This document shows positions 11,575 to 25,489 of a stretch of 64,000 bases of DNA, piece by piece. Source of the DNA: the human T2T-CHM13v2.0 reference genome, Homo sapiens; the NCBI RefSeq assembly GCF_009914755.1, contig NC_060930.1. One strand, 5' to 3'. The translations under genes and the position numbers were made by a program. Position 1 is the stretch's first letter; each line of letters begins with the position of its first letter. The notes under the pieces are model-generated. The model worked only from the letters and a program-made list of their open reading frames with translations. It did no database searches and was not told where the DNA came from.

Positions 11575-11790
11575 AGTAATAATAATAGCAGGTAATGTTT
11601 AGAAAGTTCTTCAAATGTTCTAGGCACTGTCTTAGAGTATACAATGTCACACTGAGACATCAAGATTTTCAGTGTTTCATTGAGTTCAGTCAACAATTCC
11701 GTGAAGACTTTGGTACAATTATTCCCATTTGACAAATAAGAAAACAAGGTTATAGATTAAGTAACTTACCCAAAGACACATACTTAAGTG
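11575..11790 (-). mobile_element. MIR SINE
   Basis: attattcccatttgacaaataagaaaacaaggttatagattaagtaacttacccaaagacaca. Confidence 0.6.
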
Positions 11791-12369
11791 AGAAGTGGGG
11801 GAGGCGATGCAAAGAGAAGAAAGGAAATTCTCAAAAGAAATCAGCAAACCAACACAGATGGTTTCTCACTAAAAATCAAAAGCATGCAATAAAACTTTTA
11901 GGTAAGTACATTATTCCTTTTGTGCATAACTAATGCGACCAGTATGGATTGAAATCACTTGAGTAGAAATCTGGTGGGTCTTCTACATAGCTAAGTGCGT
12001 GGCAAATATTAGGAATTAGTAGATTTTTGTTTGTTTGAAAGAATAAATGAATACATGAATCAATAGAAGTATAAATTTGGTTAAACTTTTAGGAAAAGAA
12101 ATCATCAGCCTGCATTAAAAATCACTAAAATCTTCCTATTCTTTAGTCTAGAAGCTATTGCAAGTAAATAATCCAAAATATGAAAAATGTTATTTAATAT
12201 GTTTATCATTTCAAAAGAGAAAGAATATAAATATTCTACAATAGGCAGATTCATAAGCATTATATGGTAGAATATCTCATAGCCACTAGAAATGAAAGTT
12301 ATGAAAAAAGTAAATTGCAAGATGGAAAAATGCTTATGATCAAATGTTGGGTAAAATCATCAGAAGACA

Positions 12370-12530
12370 ATACAGAGTTTCAGTTTAGAAAGATAAAACT
12401 GTTCTGGAGAGGGATGGTGGTAATAGTTGCCTAACAACATGAATGGACTCAATGCCACCAAATTACATACTCAATAATTGTTAAAATGATAAAGTTTATG
12501 CTATGTATATTTTACAACAATAAACAAAAA
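12370..12530 (+). mobile_element. L1M 3' end fragment (L1MB/ME-type)
   Basis: gttctggagagggatggtggtaatagttgc...aatgccac...ttaaaatgataaagtttatgctatgtatattttacaacaat. Confidence 0.75.
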
Positions 12531-13156
12531 CAGAAGACAAAGGTCTTTGTACTATAACCAAGAAAAAAAGAAGGCTGAAAAAAATTACAAAACATAGTAT
12601 TAATATAGTTAGCAATAGATGTAGTATACTAAAATTTTATGGGAGCTCTTCTCTATTTTCCTATTGTTTTGGCCTATGGTTACATTATTTCTTTTAAAAG
12701 AGGACAGCTTTGTGTTCTGATTGCAGATCTACCACACACTAACTCCAATCATAATCTTAGATCTGCATTTGGCAAGTGTTTTCTGTAGAATCCCAGTTCT
12801 ATCAGATTTAAATAAGTATAATTCAAAAATACAGCCTCAAGATTAAATTAGCTCGGAGAACTCTGGACTGAGCAAAGTTTAACAGATTTCTTCAATATAG
12901 CAAGCTTCTTTATTATAGAATCTTTCCCATGGTTTCCGATATGGTATCATGTGCTATAAGTCTATTGGAGAAGGAAAAAGAATTCATTGTTTCTCAAAGT
13001 TTTGGACCATAGAACGCTTTAATAGAGGAGTAGGTCTCAGGACCAGGGTTCCAGGGAACAGAATTTGGGAACATTGCATTAAACAACATTTAATACCACC
13101 GTATCTTAATTTCCTTTTTGTGAAAATGAAGTAATAATATTTTTATAGGATTAAAT

Positions 13157-13228
13157 TATATATCTATCTATCTATATATATATATCTATCTATATATATA
13201 GATAGATAGATATATATATATATATATA
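13157..13228. repeat. (TA)/(TATC)/(GATA) compound microsatellite forming an inverted repeat
   Basis: 13157-13182 is the exact reverse complement of 13191-13216. Confidence 0.95.
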
Positions 13229-13278
13229 CATTTTCTTTTCTTGTAGAGCTGCAGATTTGCTTGTAAGTATAGACATGA

Positions 13279-13611
<333 letters not shown>

Positions 13612-13769
13612 CTAAATGTTATTTTCCTTGTCTTGTTCACTAAAGGACTATGCACAAACTTGTACTGAGCGGAAGCAAGGTTTTATTTACCCAGTGGCAG
13701 ATCATGAGTGTACACACAGCATGTATTTATAAGCAATTAGATAATATTCTCAGCTTGTTAATAATAACT

Positions 13770-14010
13770 AACTGCTTATATTACGCTTTTTAGTTTGTAA
13801 AGCATATTCACCCACATGAATATGATGGATCATGATCTATCCTCACTCCAACTCTGTGAAGGAGGCAAGGCAGGTATGATTAATTTCACTTAACTGAGGA
13901 GGAAAATCAAAGCTTAGAGCAATTAAAATACCTGCCCAAGGTTATGCTGCTAGCTAATAGCAGGATTGTAACTCTGACCTGGGGTCTTCGGATTCTAAAT
14001 CTGATTTTTT
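13770..14010 (-). mobile_element. MIR SINE
   Basis: actgaggaggaaaatcaaagcttagag...cctgcccaaggtta..gctagctaatagcagga. Confidence 0.65.
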
Positions 14011-15797
14011 TCCAATTCCTATGTACCTAATTCTTATCTCTAAAAATTTTTATTTGAGTCAGGTGTCAAAATCCTCAAGCCAATTCTTGCAGAGCCTCTT
14101 GACCTGGTAGGTGGAAATAAGCTTCTATTTTCTCTTTGAAAGAAAAACACACCTATAAGCACTTTCTTACAGGAAACTTCTTGCATGGGTACGTGTGTTG
14201 TCAAGAGAATCCCTGGGGACAAGAGGGACAGGGAATTTCTGACAATAAAGCCCATGAATAGAGCAGGGACTTCCAGAGTGGAAAAATGTGCTTGTCATAC
14301 CCTTAAAAGCTATCACCCTGGATGGGCACTGGGGCCTTGGATTGTAGAACAAAGCCTAACTCCTCCCTGGAGTTGCACTGTGACCTGTCCAGTTAGCTTG
14401 GCTCTTAGACCTTAACAATAGAGTATTCAGGAATAAGAGAAATAGTGATGCCACTTGCCTGCATTTCTCAGGAAATTCTCTCTATATGGTCTTAGGCAAT
14501 TTCTGATCAGATGGAAAGACATACACTGTATTCACAACCAGAGTTATTTTGTAAGTCCCTTGAACCCTTAAAACATCCATAACTGAGGATTAGTTCAGAA
14601 ACACTAGTCAAGAAAATGCATGCTCCAAAGGTTTTATCAAGGGAAGCAGAAAATGTGAGCAGCTTGAGAGCTCAGTATTGCCAATTTGGAAGAGCAATTT
14701 GCCTACAGCTGGATATAATTAACAAGCATGGGTCAAAAAGGAAGCCAATCATAAAAGTGTGAATTGGATTGAGGTGGAGGGATGGGACAGTAACAGTCAC
14801 TTCCAGAGCTGGTAGGTTCCCACTGGTGAGCCGCTCCCCATTTTCAAAAAGCCTCGTCTAATGATGTTAATAGAAGAATAAACTCTGGGGGAAAAAATGC
14901 CTGGTCTTCACAGTAACCCAGTATGTGTTTGACAAATTATTTTTTCTGGGACAATAAATGGTGCCTTATTCTCCCTTTATGCTAGTGAGTATTTTCTATG
15001 CCCACCAAAATGTATTATGTTTTTCACGGCTCACTATAAAGAGGTATAAAGGTACCGGCTATACAGCCTCCCATTGAATCCTGTTTGAATTCTTTTGGTC
15101 TGAATGCATGAATTATCATGGGGATTTTTTTGTTGTTTGTTATTTTAGTAAAAACCAGGAAAGAGGATAACTTAAAACTAAATACATCATGCATTAAATA
15201 ATAACTATATCTTGTGGGGTTAAGAGCTCGTATGCAAAGTTGCAGCCTGATGAGAATTAACACAGCTGAATAATAAATTCTCTAATGATTATGCTCCTTT
15301 CCTCCTCCCACCTACTTCTGAGGGGGGCTGGGGGACTGGCTTCACATATGGAACCCTGTGGATCTTGCCATCTTTCTTCTGTGCTTATTGTGGTCTTGAG
15401 ACAGAAAGAAATAGAAGTCTGAACACAGGATGCGGTGCTTCCAAAGCTTTGGAGATTTTTCTAATCCTCCAAATGTTCTCCAATAAAATCCTCCCTTTAT
15501 ACTGCTGATGCCGCCACAGCATTCATAACCAGGGGAAGTCTGACAAGAAAATGAACCATTAAAACCTACACACAAACATAGGGGCTCATTTCCATGCTGA
15601 AGTCATCTTTAACCAAAGCCCAGAATTCATTTTGTCATTTGCAAGCATTTATTAAGGGCACAACACAGTGCTAGTTACTCTGTGGGGGATACAGGAGAAT
15701 TAGTAGTTTACATCTGAGTTTAACAGGCAAAAAAATAAAACATAAAAAAATAAGAGACAACAAACCACTTGAGGGAAGAGGAAGATGAATAAATAAA

Positions 15798-15801
15798 TAT
15801 G

Positions 15802-15834
<33 letters not shown>

Positions 15835-15852
15835 GTATGTATGTATATGCAT
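15798..15852. repeat. (TATG)/(TA) microsatellite
   Basis: Direct inspection. Confidence 0.85.
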
Positions 15853-16622
15853 GTGTGCAAATACATGTACCCTAAATGCGAAGGAGTATAAAGCGAAGTA
15901 TTAAGTCATGGTGAAGCACAGCTGAAGGAAGAAACTTTGGGATATGGCTAGTTTTGAGCTAGATCTGAAAGAAAGTGATAGTTGTTGCAGGCAGAAAAAA
16001 AAAAAAAAGGCCTGAGGCGTAAACCACTTTGTGAAGCTTGAACTTCTTCCTTGAACACGCTTTCTGGGAAGTAGCTGGCTGTTAGTATCTGACCAAAGTG
16101 TGCCTCTCATTGACTGAACACTTGTCCATCCTGGGGATGAATTCTCATTTTTATTGATAAATTTTTTAAATCATCTAAGAAGCCTTGTTGGAAGATGCAT
16201 AAAGTACACAACAGATTTCTCATAACATCAGTTTATAAGCATTTAAATCTTCGCAACTGTCTAAATAAGCCCAGAGAAGAGTTCATTAAGAAATAGCTGC
16301 ACGAGCACAGTGGAGTATTAAAATCACATGCAATTTCTTTGGGGCCATAATGAAATAGTCAATTAACTTTTTTACTTGTTGACAACTACAGCTGATATAA
16401 ACTAATGGTCCACTGATCTGAGCAGAAAGTCAAAGAACAACAAGTTAAAACAGTCTGAGAAAAGAATCAGAGGCTGAATTGATCAAACATAGTTTTATTT
16501 CAGTTTCCACATGATGTAAAATAGCCACTTAACTGTTTCAGATACATCCTAGAGAAGCTTGGTGAACAATGTGAATGTACATAATAAATAATATTAGCTA
16601 ATATTTAAAAATACTTTACAGG

Positions 16623-17142
16623 GGTGGTAGGCAGAATAATAACAACATTCCCCACCTCCACTCTCAAAAAGATATGCATGATGTAATCCCTGGAAGCTGT
16701 GAATATGTCACCTCACAGGCCAAAGAAACTTTGCAGATGTTATCAAGTTAAGGATCTCGCAATGGCAATATTATCCTGGACTGTTTGCATGGGTTTAGTG
16801 TAATCCACAAGAGTCCTTACAAGAGGGAGGCAATAGAGCTGGAGTTAGAGAGAGAAGATGTAAGGATAGAAGAGAGGAAATGCTACACTGCTTATTTGAA
16901 AAATGGAGAAGGGGGCCATAAGCCAGGGAATACAAGTGTTTTCCAGAAGGTGGATAAGTCAAGAGAATGGATTCTCCCCTACAGCCTCCAGATGGAACAC
17001 AGCCCTGCTGACTCCTTGACTGTAGTCTAGCAAAATCCATTTCTGACTTCTGACCTCCAGAACTGAAAGACAACAAATCTGTGTAGTTTTAAGCTACTAA
17101 ATTTGCAGTAATTTGTCAAAATAGCAATCCAAAGCTAATATG
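16623..17142 (+). mobile_element. MLT1D solo LTR (MaLR), apparently inserted into a MIR
   Basis: gtggtaggcagaataat...ctttgcagatgttatcaagttaaggatct...gacttctgacctccagaactg...ctaata; reverse MIR resumes at ~17143-17290. Confidence 0.85.
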
Positions 17143-18370
17143 CATGGATCACCTCATTTAATCCTTAAAATATTATAGCCACTTTACGGATGTGAAAACT
17201 GTTGCTCAAATAGGTTAAGCAGTTTGCTTAAGTAAATGGTGGAGCTAAACTACAGATCCAGGCACTCTGACTCCAGAGTGTGTACGCTTAAAAAATACAC
17301 TGTTTTAAAAAACACTAATTTAGAATGGCAAGAATATATTGTATTACTCCATAAAGGTAAACTGTGATAGCAAATTTATAAAAAAGATATTGAATATATT
17401 TTCAATCTTCTCTGTATTCACAGTGAATACAATTCTTAACATTCCATTACAGTTCCTTTGCTATGAATGCCAGCAATCTTATATTAGTTTGATATTACAT
17501 TACTTCATCAGAGGAAGACATAAACTAGGAGATAACCTTTGTCAATAGTTACCTGGATGATTAGTCATCATTTACATTTGGCATATTTCTTGTCATAACT
17601 CTCATTATGATGTCTTCTATAGATTGTAAGCTATTAGAAAGCTGAGACTGTATTTCCTCTATGTTCTACAAGGACCACAGCCTATGTCATCCCATGTACA
17701 TGTTTGCATGTGTAGGTCATAATGAGTCTGTTGGTCATTAATGCTGAGGATCATTGCCTCCTTAAGAATTAAACTTTTGTTTCATTGGTTGCTGGGCTGT
17801 CATTCTAATGTCGTGGAAGTTGAGGATTCTGTATTGTTTGTCATTATATCCCTGCCCATAATACAGTGGTCATATAGTTATTCAATTAACTGTAGTTGAG
17901 AAATGAATGCATGAGCAGACTTTCTAAAGCCAAGCAGCTTTGGAAAAGTCTGGCAGGAGAAGATGTTGAATTTTAAGAAAATGAAGGAAGAAATCCCTTG
18001 AAAGAAGGCTTAAGAATGATTGAACAGAGAAAGAAAATCTTAATTTCTATGGCCATTTGAATAGTTTAAAAGTATCACTCTGATTCAAGATGCTGAAGTC
18101 CATGTTTTCCTTTATTCTATTTCTAGTATTTTTCTTGTTTATGGCTCTAATACTGATGAAGAATGCAAACTTACTAGTTTCCTTCTTTTTGTATTCTTCC
18201 TGCTGTCTGAACATGAAATATTTTCATTTATGCATAACAAACAGCCGTTAACATCATTCATTTACACCTAGAGATATTGAAGACTTATTTTCATAAATCA
18301 CTGTGTGATATTCAGAACTCAGTACCTGCTGGAGCAATGAGAGCTTTGAGTCTAAATCCAAGGCATCAGG

Positions 18371-18705
18371 GGCTGGGAGCAGTGGCTCATGCCTGTAATC
18401 CCAGCACTTTGAGAGGCCGAACTGGGCACGTTGCTGGAGCCCAGGAGTTTGGGACCAGCCTGGGAAACACAGCAAAACCCTATCTCTACCAAAACAAACA
18501 AACAAACAAACAAACAAACAAAAATTAGCCAGGCATGGCTATAGTTCCAGCTACTTGGGAGGTCGAGGTGGGAAGATTGCTTGAGCGAGGGAGGTAGAGA
18601 CTACAGTGAGCCAAGATCACACCACTGCACTACAGCCTGGGTGACACAGCGAGAGAGATCCTGTCTCCATAATAAATAAATAAATACCTGATAAATAAAT
18701 AAATA
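18371..18705 (+). mobile_element. AluJ element with (AAAC)n linker and (TAAA)n tail
   Basis: Dimeric Alu, TSD aaatccaa(g/a)gcatc(c)agg. Confidence 0.93.
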
Positions 18706-18999
18706 AATCCAAAGCATCCAGGATAAAGTGAGATTGCATACTAAAACACTTTAGGGTGGTTTAAGTCATCTTAGATCTCAGAGTATTTGAGGTTTCCCCT
18801 TTCCTAGACAGCTTCAAGAAGGGAAAGCTAAGTTCACATCTCTTATTCACTATGCTGTCTTTCAATGGTAAAATACCTTAGCAAACAAATCATGATCAGA
18901 TTGATGGCCCTAGGATTCAGTTACTGGTTATACACTCTTATTTCAGGGTGGTTTGACTAAGCTATGTCTCCTGCCAGCCTGCCCACACAACCTTATTTC

Positions 19000-19150
19000 T
19001 TCATTTATTCGGTAAATATTCACTGTATGCCTCATAGGTGCCAGGTACTATTCTAGATACTGCTTACATAACAGGGCGCCAAGTAGACAAAAATCTTTGC
19101 CCACAGTTACATTCTAGCGGAGGGAGACAGACAATAAACAAATAAGTAAA
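19000..19150 (-). mobile_element. L2 3' end fragment
   Basis: tcatttattcggtaaatattcactg...gtgccaggtactattctagatactg...acattctagcggagggagacagacaataaacaa. Confidence 0.75.
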
Positions 19151-19351
19151 ACCTATAAATGGTCTAGAAAGAATAATTCCTATCGTTACAATTAATATCG
19201 CAATATCTGAAAAATATCAGAAAAAAGAGGGACTTTTATTGTATTTGCTCCCAAACCAAGATTAGATTCAATGTAACAATGTTATCAAAAGTAACATTTT
19301 AACTCAGTATAAGAAAAGAATGTGTTATTAATACATTAAAATTTTTTTTTC

Positions 19352-19652
19352 GGCCGGGCGCGGTGGCTCATGCCTGTAATCCCAGCACTTTGGGAGGCCG
19401 AGGCGGGTGGATCACGAGGTCAGGAGATTGAGACCATCCTGGCTAACACGGTGAAACCCCGTCTCTACTAAAAATACAAAAAAAAAAAAATTAGCCCGTC
19501 GTGGTGGCGGGCGCCTGTAGTCCCAGCTACTCGGGAGGCTGACGCAGGAGAATGGCGTGAACCCCGGGAGGCAGAGCTTGCAGTGAGTGAGTAGAGACCG
19601 CGCCACTGCACTCCAGCCTGGGCGACAGAGCGAGACATCGTCTCAAAAAAAA
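19352..19652 (+). mobile_element. AluY
   Basis: accatcctggctaacacggtg and gagaatggcgtgaacc diagnostics, CpG-rich. Confidence 0.95.
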
Positions 19653-19970
19653 CTTCTTATAAATCTTGTGTGTTTATATTTTATAAATTATAGGGTAACT
19701 ATCTGGGTTTCCTTTTTTACTTTGGCTGTTAGGACATTCAGATCTAAATTTGTAGTCACAGTAGTTGCGCACAACTTACTGGTCTGTATTGTTATATACT
19801 GAACTTCCAATTCTACTATTCTAATAATTCTTACTATTCTACCCTCGTTTTTCTTTTACTTTGATTTCTCTATTTATTTGTATTTTAATGTATTGCTTTC
19901 ATTTTTGCTAACCAAGAACTAAGTCTACTGACCAATAATGAAAACTACCCCAAGAAAACAGGTACTTCAG

Positions 19971-20262
19971 TTTTTTGTTTTGAGACGGAGTCTCGCTCTG
20001 TCGCCCAGGCTGCAGTGCCGTGGCGCGATCTCGGCTCACTGCAACCTCCGCCTCCCGAGTTCAAGCAATTCTCCTACTCAGTCTCTTGAGTAGCTGAGAT
20101 TACAGGCGCCCACGACCACGCCCAGCTAATTTTTTTGTATTTTTAGTAGAGACGGGGTTTCACCATGTTGGCCAGGCTGTTCTCGAACTCCTGACATTGT
20201 GATTCACCTGCCTCGGCCTTCCAAAGTGCTGGGATTACAGGTGTAAGTCACCGAGCACGGCT
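19971..20262 (-). mobile_element. AluSg-like element
   Basis: Reverse Alu flanked by TSD ggtacttc(a/g)gtttt (19961 and 20263). Confidence 0.95.
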
Positions 20263-23200
20263 GGTACTTCGGTTTTATACATTCACAGAATTAATCGAGA
20301 GATTCTGCCTTCCTACTTCTTAAATCTTTTTGGCTGAAAAATGCCAGGTCACAGGAGGGTAGGGTGTCTTATCCAAAATTTCAGAGTGAATCCTTAAGCA
20401 TGGCTTATTAACTACCTGTTAAACAAGTGGCTCATTAACAACTTAGGGTGAAATGGGAGCGAGAGTGGTTTCTGCATTTTGAAGGCTATTGGTTAAAATG
20501 TAATCAAAGGTTATTCAGCTCTAACTCACAAAATGATACTAGCTTTTAAGTTTCTATCTGTTCTATGTGACATTCTGCCATTTATCTCTGAGTTTTGATG
20601 AGAGAAAGAGATTAGAATGACCAGCTGGGTTTTCCAAATTTTTACCAAAACTGTGAATAAGAATAAATGTAGATACAGAATCTATAAATCATAGCACATG
20701 GACATGCTTGAGGAGACTAGATATGCCATCAGAAATGCCTTTAAATTATTGCAGCATACTCCTGCATTTAAAAGATATTAATTATGTGATTTAAATCCAA
20801 AGGTATGATTTTTCAAAGAAGAAAAATGATATCTAAGTTGGTGGTAAGTGACAAGACCCATCACAGAGATATTTTGTCCAGTAGCAACCCAGCTGCTGAT
20901 CAGTTTACTAAAAAGCCCAAGGGGCAGATTAATTATTTAGCAGTGGAATAAATTGCAAAGTTGGCCTAAATGACTTCAAGACAAATTGAAGCAGCAGATT
21001 CTGCAAAACTCTCAGCAATAATCACAGAAAATATGAGTGAATTTGAAACCAGGTTTTGTAAATGGTCTGACATCATCGTCTCCTTTTCTTTTCTCTTAAC
21101 CCTCAACCTCCATTTTCCCATACTCCAGCTCATCCAATTACCCACTTTCCCCCCACCCCCACTTCCACTAACATTGTACTAACCCATACCTTTCTAGTAT
21201 GGCAATTCCTCTCTGCGTCTTCCATCCCTTTCTTCCTATTTATAATGCTCTATATTGGGCATTGCCTGTACACCCCTGTACCAAGATAGCATGCAGGATA
21301 TTATCCTCCAAAAGCATAAGTTACCATCTAATGGCGAGTACAGCAAACAGAGAGAATGCTATGTAAAGAAAAAAAACTAGGAATAAATGTAAAAATGATA
21401 GGCACAATGGAGGTACAAACAACCTGCTGTGAAAACACAGATGAAGAGGCAATTAGTTCCTGTCATTTTCTAGCATGAGTGGGTGACAAATATCTTCACT
21501 CTGCGTATTCCCCTCCCATCTGTTTCTCTCACTTCTAATGGGGACAATTTGGGATCTGGGTTGTCAGTTTCTGCTACTGAAATGTGAAACTGGAGGATGA
21601 AATTTATTCTGATGTCAACCACAGAAGCTGCTGTATTTAACTTAATATAGTGAAGGAGCAGTTTAGTGACCAATTCTCCGTAAGACACAACCATCCTACA
21701 TCCCTGTTGTCAGTTACTGCTTTAGGACTCCCAATACTAACTGTTTTCAGCCAGGTTTTCTCATTTCTCCCTCTCTCCTCCAACTTCCCAATCTCTTCCC
21801 AGGATTTCCCTGTGTTTTCCTCTTGCTAACTCACTAGTTTCTCGTACCAGGCTATTCTAGCTGCCTTATACTTCGAGTATAGACCAGTCTGTGTACCAAG
21901 ATGACCTGTTTGCCTATGTGTTAAGAGTTTAGAGACACTCTCCAGAGTCACTTTGCCTAAAATGCCAACACTTTATGTGTCTTAGACATTCAAATGTCCC
22001 TGTGAGGACAAAGCAGAAGGTCCATCAGTCATTTACACCTCAGTTAAAATTATTTCATCGTATCATTTTTCTTTAAATAACTAGCAGAGATGAGCTACCC
22101 TGGGGAGGCTAGTTCACTCATTCAGCCATTATCTACTTAGCATCCTATTATATGTTAACTTGTTTCTAAAATGAGTAAGACTTGTCTGACTCATATGCTG
22201 GTTGAGGGAAGAAATACAATTGTAATTTTAATAAGTGATAATTGCATGGAGGAACCGCCAACACTGCCCTGGGCATTGGGTAAAGGCTTAAAAGAGGACC
22301 AAAGATTTTAGGTAAATCTTGAAGTGTAATTTGGAGTTGGCCATAGCGAGGGAAGCAGGGAAAAATAACTAGAATTATGAACACTCTGAAATGGAAAGGG
22401 TTTGAGTGAGAGCTGAGGTAAAGATTTCAAGCAACCAAGAATAGCATAAGACTCTATGGATAGGGGAGAAGAGGTAGATTCAGTATTTGGAAGAAAATGT
22501 CTAAAGGGAGAATGGGATATGGGAGAATTATAAGACGGACTATAACATTTAAAATTTTTGCCATTAAGAACTTGTTTTAAGAGGCAAAGAAACAACGCAG
22601 TTAGGATCAGATTAGTAGGATAAATCGGATGGAATTAGAGTATGAATAATGAAACTGACAGTGCATGAATTGTCAACATTCCTTTTAATCAATTCCTTCT
22701 CCCAGTCCCTCAGGTCTGTATTTGTTACACATAAACATATTGAAAAGCTCAGGCGTCCTGGCTCTATCATTAACTAACTACTCGCAAGTACCCTAAACAC
22801 CAAGCAATCCAATTTGCATATTTCACAGGAAAGCGCCAGAAAAGATGATCCTTAAGATCTCTTTTAGTTCTAAAGACTATTATTATTTTTATATCCTGGA
22901 AGAATTGCAGTGTGTATAGCACTATCTAAGTAGACATTATCTCCTCCTACTAGAAGCCTAAGCAGTACCAGAGCATTGACATTAAAGAACTCAGGGTTTT
23001 ATTGTTTGAAATTTTAAAAATAACTCTTTTTCTTATTATAAAAATAATACATGTTCATTACAGAAAAATTAGAAAATAAAATTGTAAAACATCACAACTT
23101 CTACCCGCTCAGACACAACCATGGTTAATACTTGGTATATAACCTTACTAAGAAGATTATTATTTCATGTAAGATTATATTAAATAATGGTAAATTATTC

Positions 23201-23439
23201 TCTACTAAAAAAGGTTGTTTGTTTGCTTATTATAGAGCCAAGTAATTTTCACAGAAATAACTATTGAAGATTTCATGGGGTTCAATGAATCTAGGCAGAT
23301 TTCTTTCTCCCTACAAAGTCAATCAACAGACATTAAGTAAAAATGAATAGAATTACAACTCAGTATAAACGTCTTCCCTGTGGCTTCAGATTTATGCCTC
23401 CTAAGGCCATTTCAAATAACACACTCAAATATTAATAGG

Positions 23440-23680
23440 AGGGGAATTATGGAGTATGTACCAGGCACTGTACAGGGTACTTTCTATGTGCTAACTTGAA
23501 CCTCATAATAATACTCTAGAGCGGATTTTTTTATCACAGTTTTACAGATAAGATTCAGTGGCTTAGAGAGGTTAATTGACTTTATTACAGCTACATTGCT
23601 AGTAAAGATCTCAACCAAGATTTGAACCCAAAACTGCCTGGTGCCAAATATCATGTTTTTACCACTATACCAGCATTCAC
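23440..23680 (-). mobile_element. MIR SINE
   Basis: ttttacagataagattcagtggcttagagaggttaattgact...gatttgaaccca. Confidence 0.7.
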
Positions 23681-24905
23681 TGAACTGTTTTCCAAATAAT
23701 ACTAGTATTGAGTGAGATAATGTTCCATGAAAAAAAGGGTCCATGTCAACTATGTTTGGGAAACATAGCATTGCAGGAAAGAAATATGTTTTCTCAGTTT
23801 AACACTTATTTCTTATTTGACAGTGAAAATTCCTTTTTTTCCTAAAATCATGAAGTTGGTTATGAAGGACTTGAAAATCTTCCCCACTTCCCACCAACAA
23901 TACAGAGATAATGAAAAAATACAGCATCACTTAAGTAAGATCTTTTACAGATTCAACTCCATGGCTTGGAGTTATTGTGGACTGAAAGGAAGGATCTGGA
24001 GACCAAAATAAAGTTACTGTTTACCTTTAATTCAAGGGTGATTACAGGTTGCTGAGCCAGATGTAAATCTGTAAAAATGTCTCACTGGGCAATATTTTTC
24101 CTAACTGAATGAGCTTCAGACTCCTTGTCTGTAAAATAGGGTGGATGATGTTAATACATAATTAATATTAATTACGGGAGAAAGGTACCAGATTGTAGGA
24201 GGATCTTAACTGCTTTAAATTCCAAGACAAGAAATGTAGACTTGGCTGCTACACAACAGGAAGTCATCAAACTTTTTTCAAAGCAGGTTAGTTTTAAGAA
24301 AATTAGTGTGATGGCAGTGTGTAGCAGAGATCAGAGGAGGTTACTATATTCTGTACCTACAATTTGGGGAGTCTGACAGTACACCAACTGCCTTCCTCCA
24401 CTTCAGTGCCACTGACCAGTAGATCACCACTTTTTATTTCAGGATACTCAATTATTGTTTGTCACAAGAATTTAATTCATTGGCTCAAAGCTTACATCCT
24501 CACGTTTCACTTTACTGTACCAAAGAACTTAAAATTTGATGATGTTATGACTACAATTTTCAGTTGTTTCATAAAGGGGAAGATAAAATGGTCTAGACCA
24601 GGAAACTTGAAGTGAGTATCTTTAGAGGTAGCAAGGCCTGTCAATGTGAAAGAGCTGGAAGAGAAGCAAAGTTGGTCTTGGCTTTTGGACCCCTTTCCAA
24701 AACTCTGGGAAAGCCCTAACAATGTCTTCGTATGATCATATACTTTTGGTAAAATTTGCAAATAAAGATATTGCACCTGCAAAAAGACTTTGTCTCTTTC
24801 CTCATCAACTTGTCCTGTGCCATATTGAAGTATGGGAATAGTGGTGGGCATTTTTGGTATTTAATTAATCAGATGAGGTGGGACTGTAGTGAGATTTGTA
24901 TAATA

Positions 24906-25130
24906 CAGTAGTTCTCAACCGAGGTCGATTTCGCCCCCTGGGAGACATTTAGCAATGTCCGGAGAAATGCTGGGGTGTCACAGCCAGGGCAGTGGTCAGG
25001 GGAGCTACTCGCTTCCAGTGGGTAGAGGACAGGGAGGCTGCAAAACATCCTGGAATTCACAGAATGACTCCTCCTTCAACAAAGAATTCTCTGGCCTTAA
25101 AGGTCAGTAGTTCCAGGTTGAGAAACCTTG
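24906..25130 (+). mobile_element. MER20 hAT-Charlie MITE, full length
   Basis: TIRs cagtagttctcaacc / ggttgagaaaccttg, internal agtgggtagaggacagggaggctg, degenerate 8-bp TSD gtataata/gtttaatg. Confidence 0.88.
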
Positions 25131-25489
25131 GTTTAATGGAAAGAACTTTAATGGTTTGCAAACAATTTTAGGTATACTTAAATTTCTGATTGTCTGGATA
25201 CAGAAATGTTTGTAGGAAATACTCTGTGCTGACTTACCCAATGTCATGATCTGAAGATAGAAGACCAGAGATTGTATCATTATGTGCACTTGCTCTCCAG
25301 TAATTAGCACTAGAGGTCTAAAGGTGGTGGAGAAAGATTTGAAATGAGCCAGGACCTAGTCTGTGATTATTTTTCCAAACATTAAACTTGTAAAATTAAA
25401 GGGAAGATGACTACCCCAAACAGAAGTCCTCTTCTGTCAGGAAAATGCAGCATGTACAATTATAAATGAACCACATTTTTTTCTATTTT

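Noticed and set aside
21321-21336. Weak CTCF-like motif (another near 25308)
   Set aside because: Mismatches at core positions; too weak without ChIP data.
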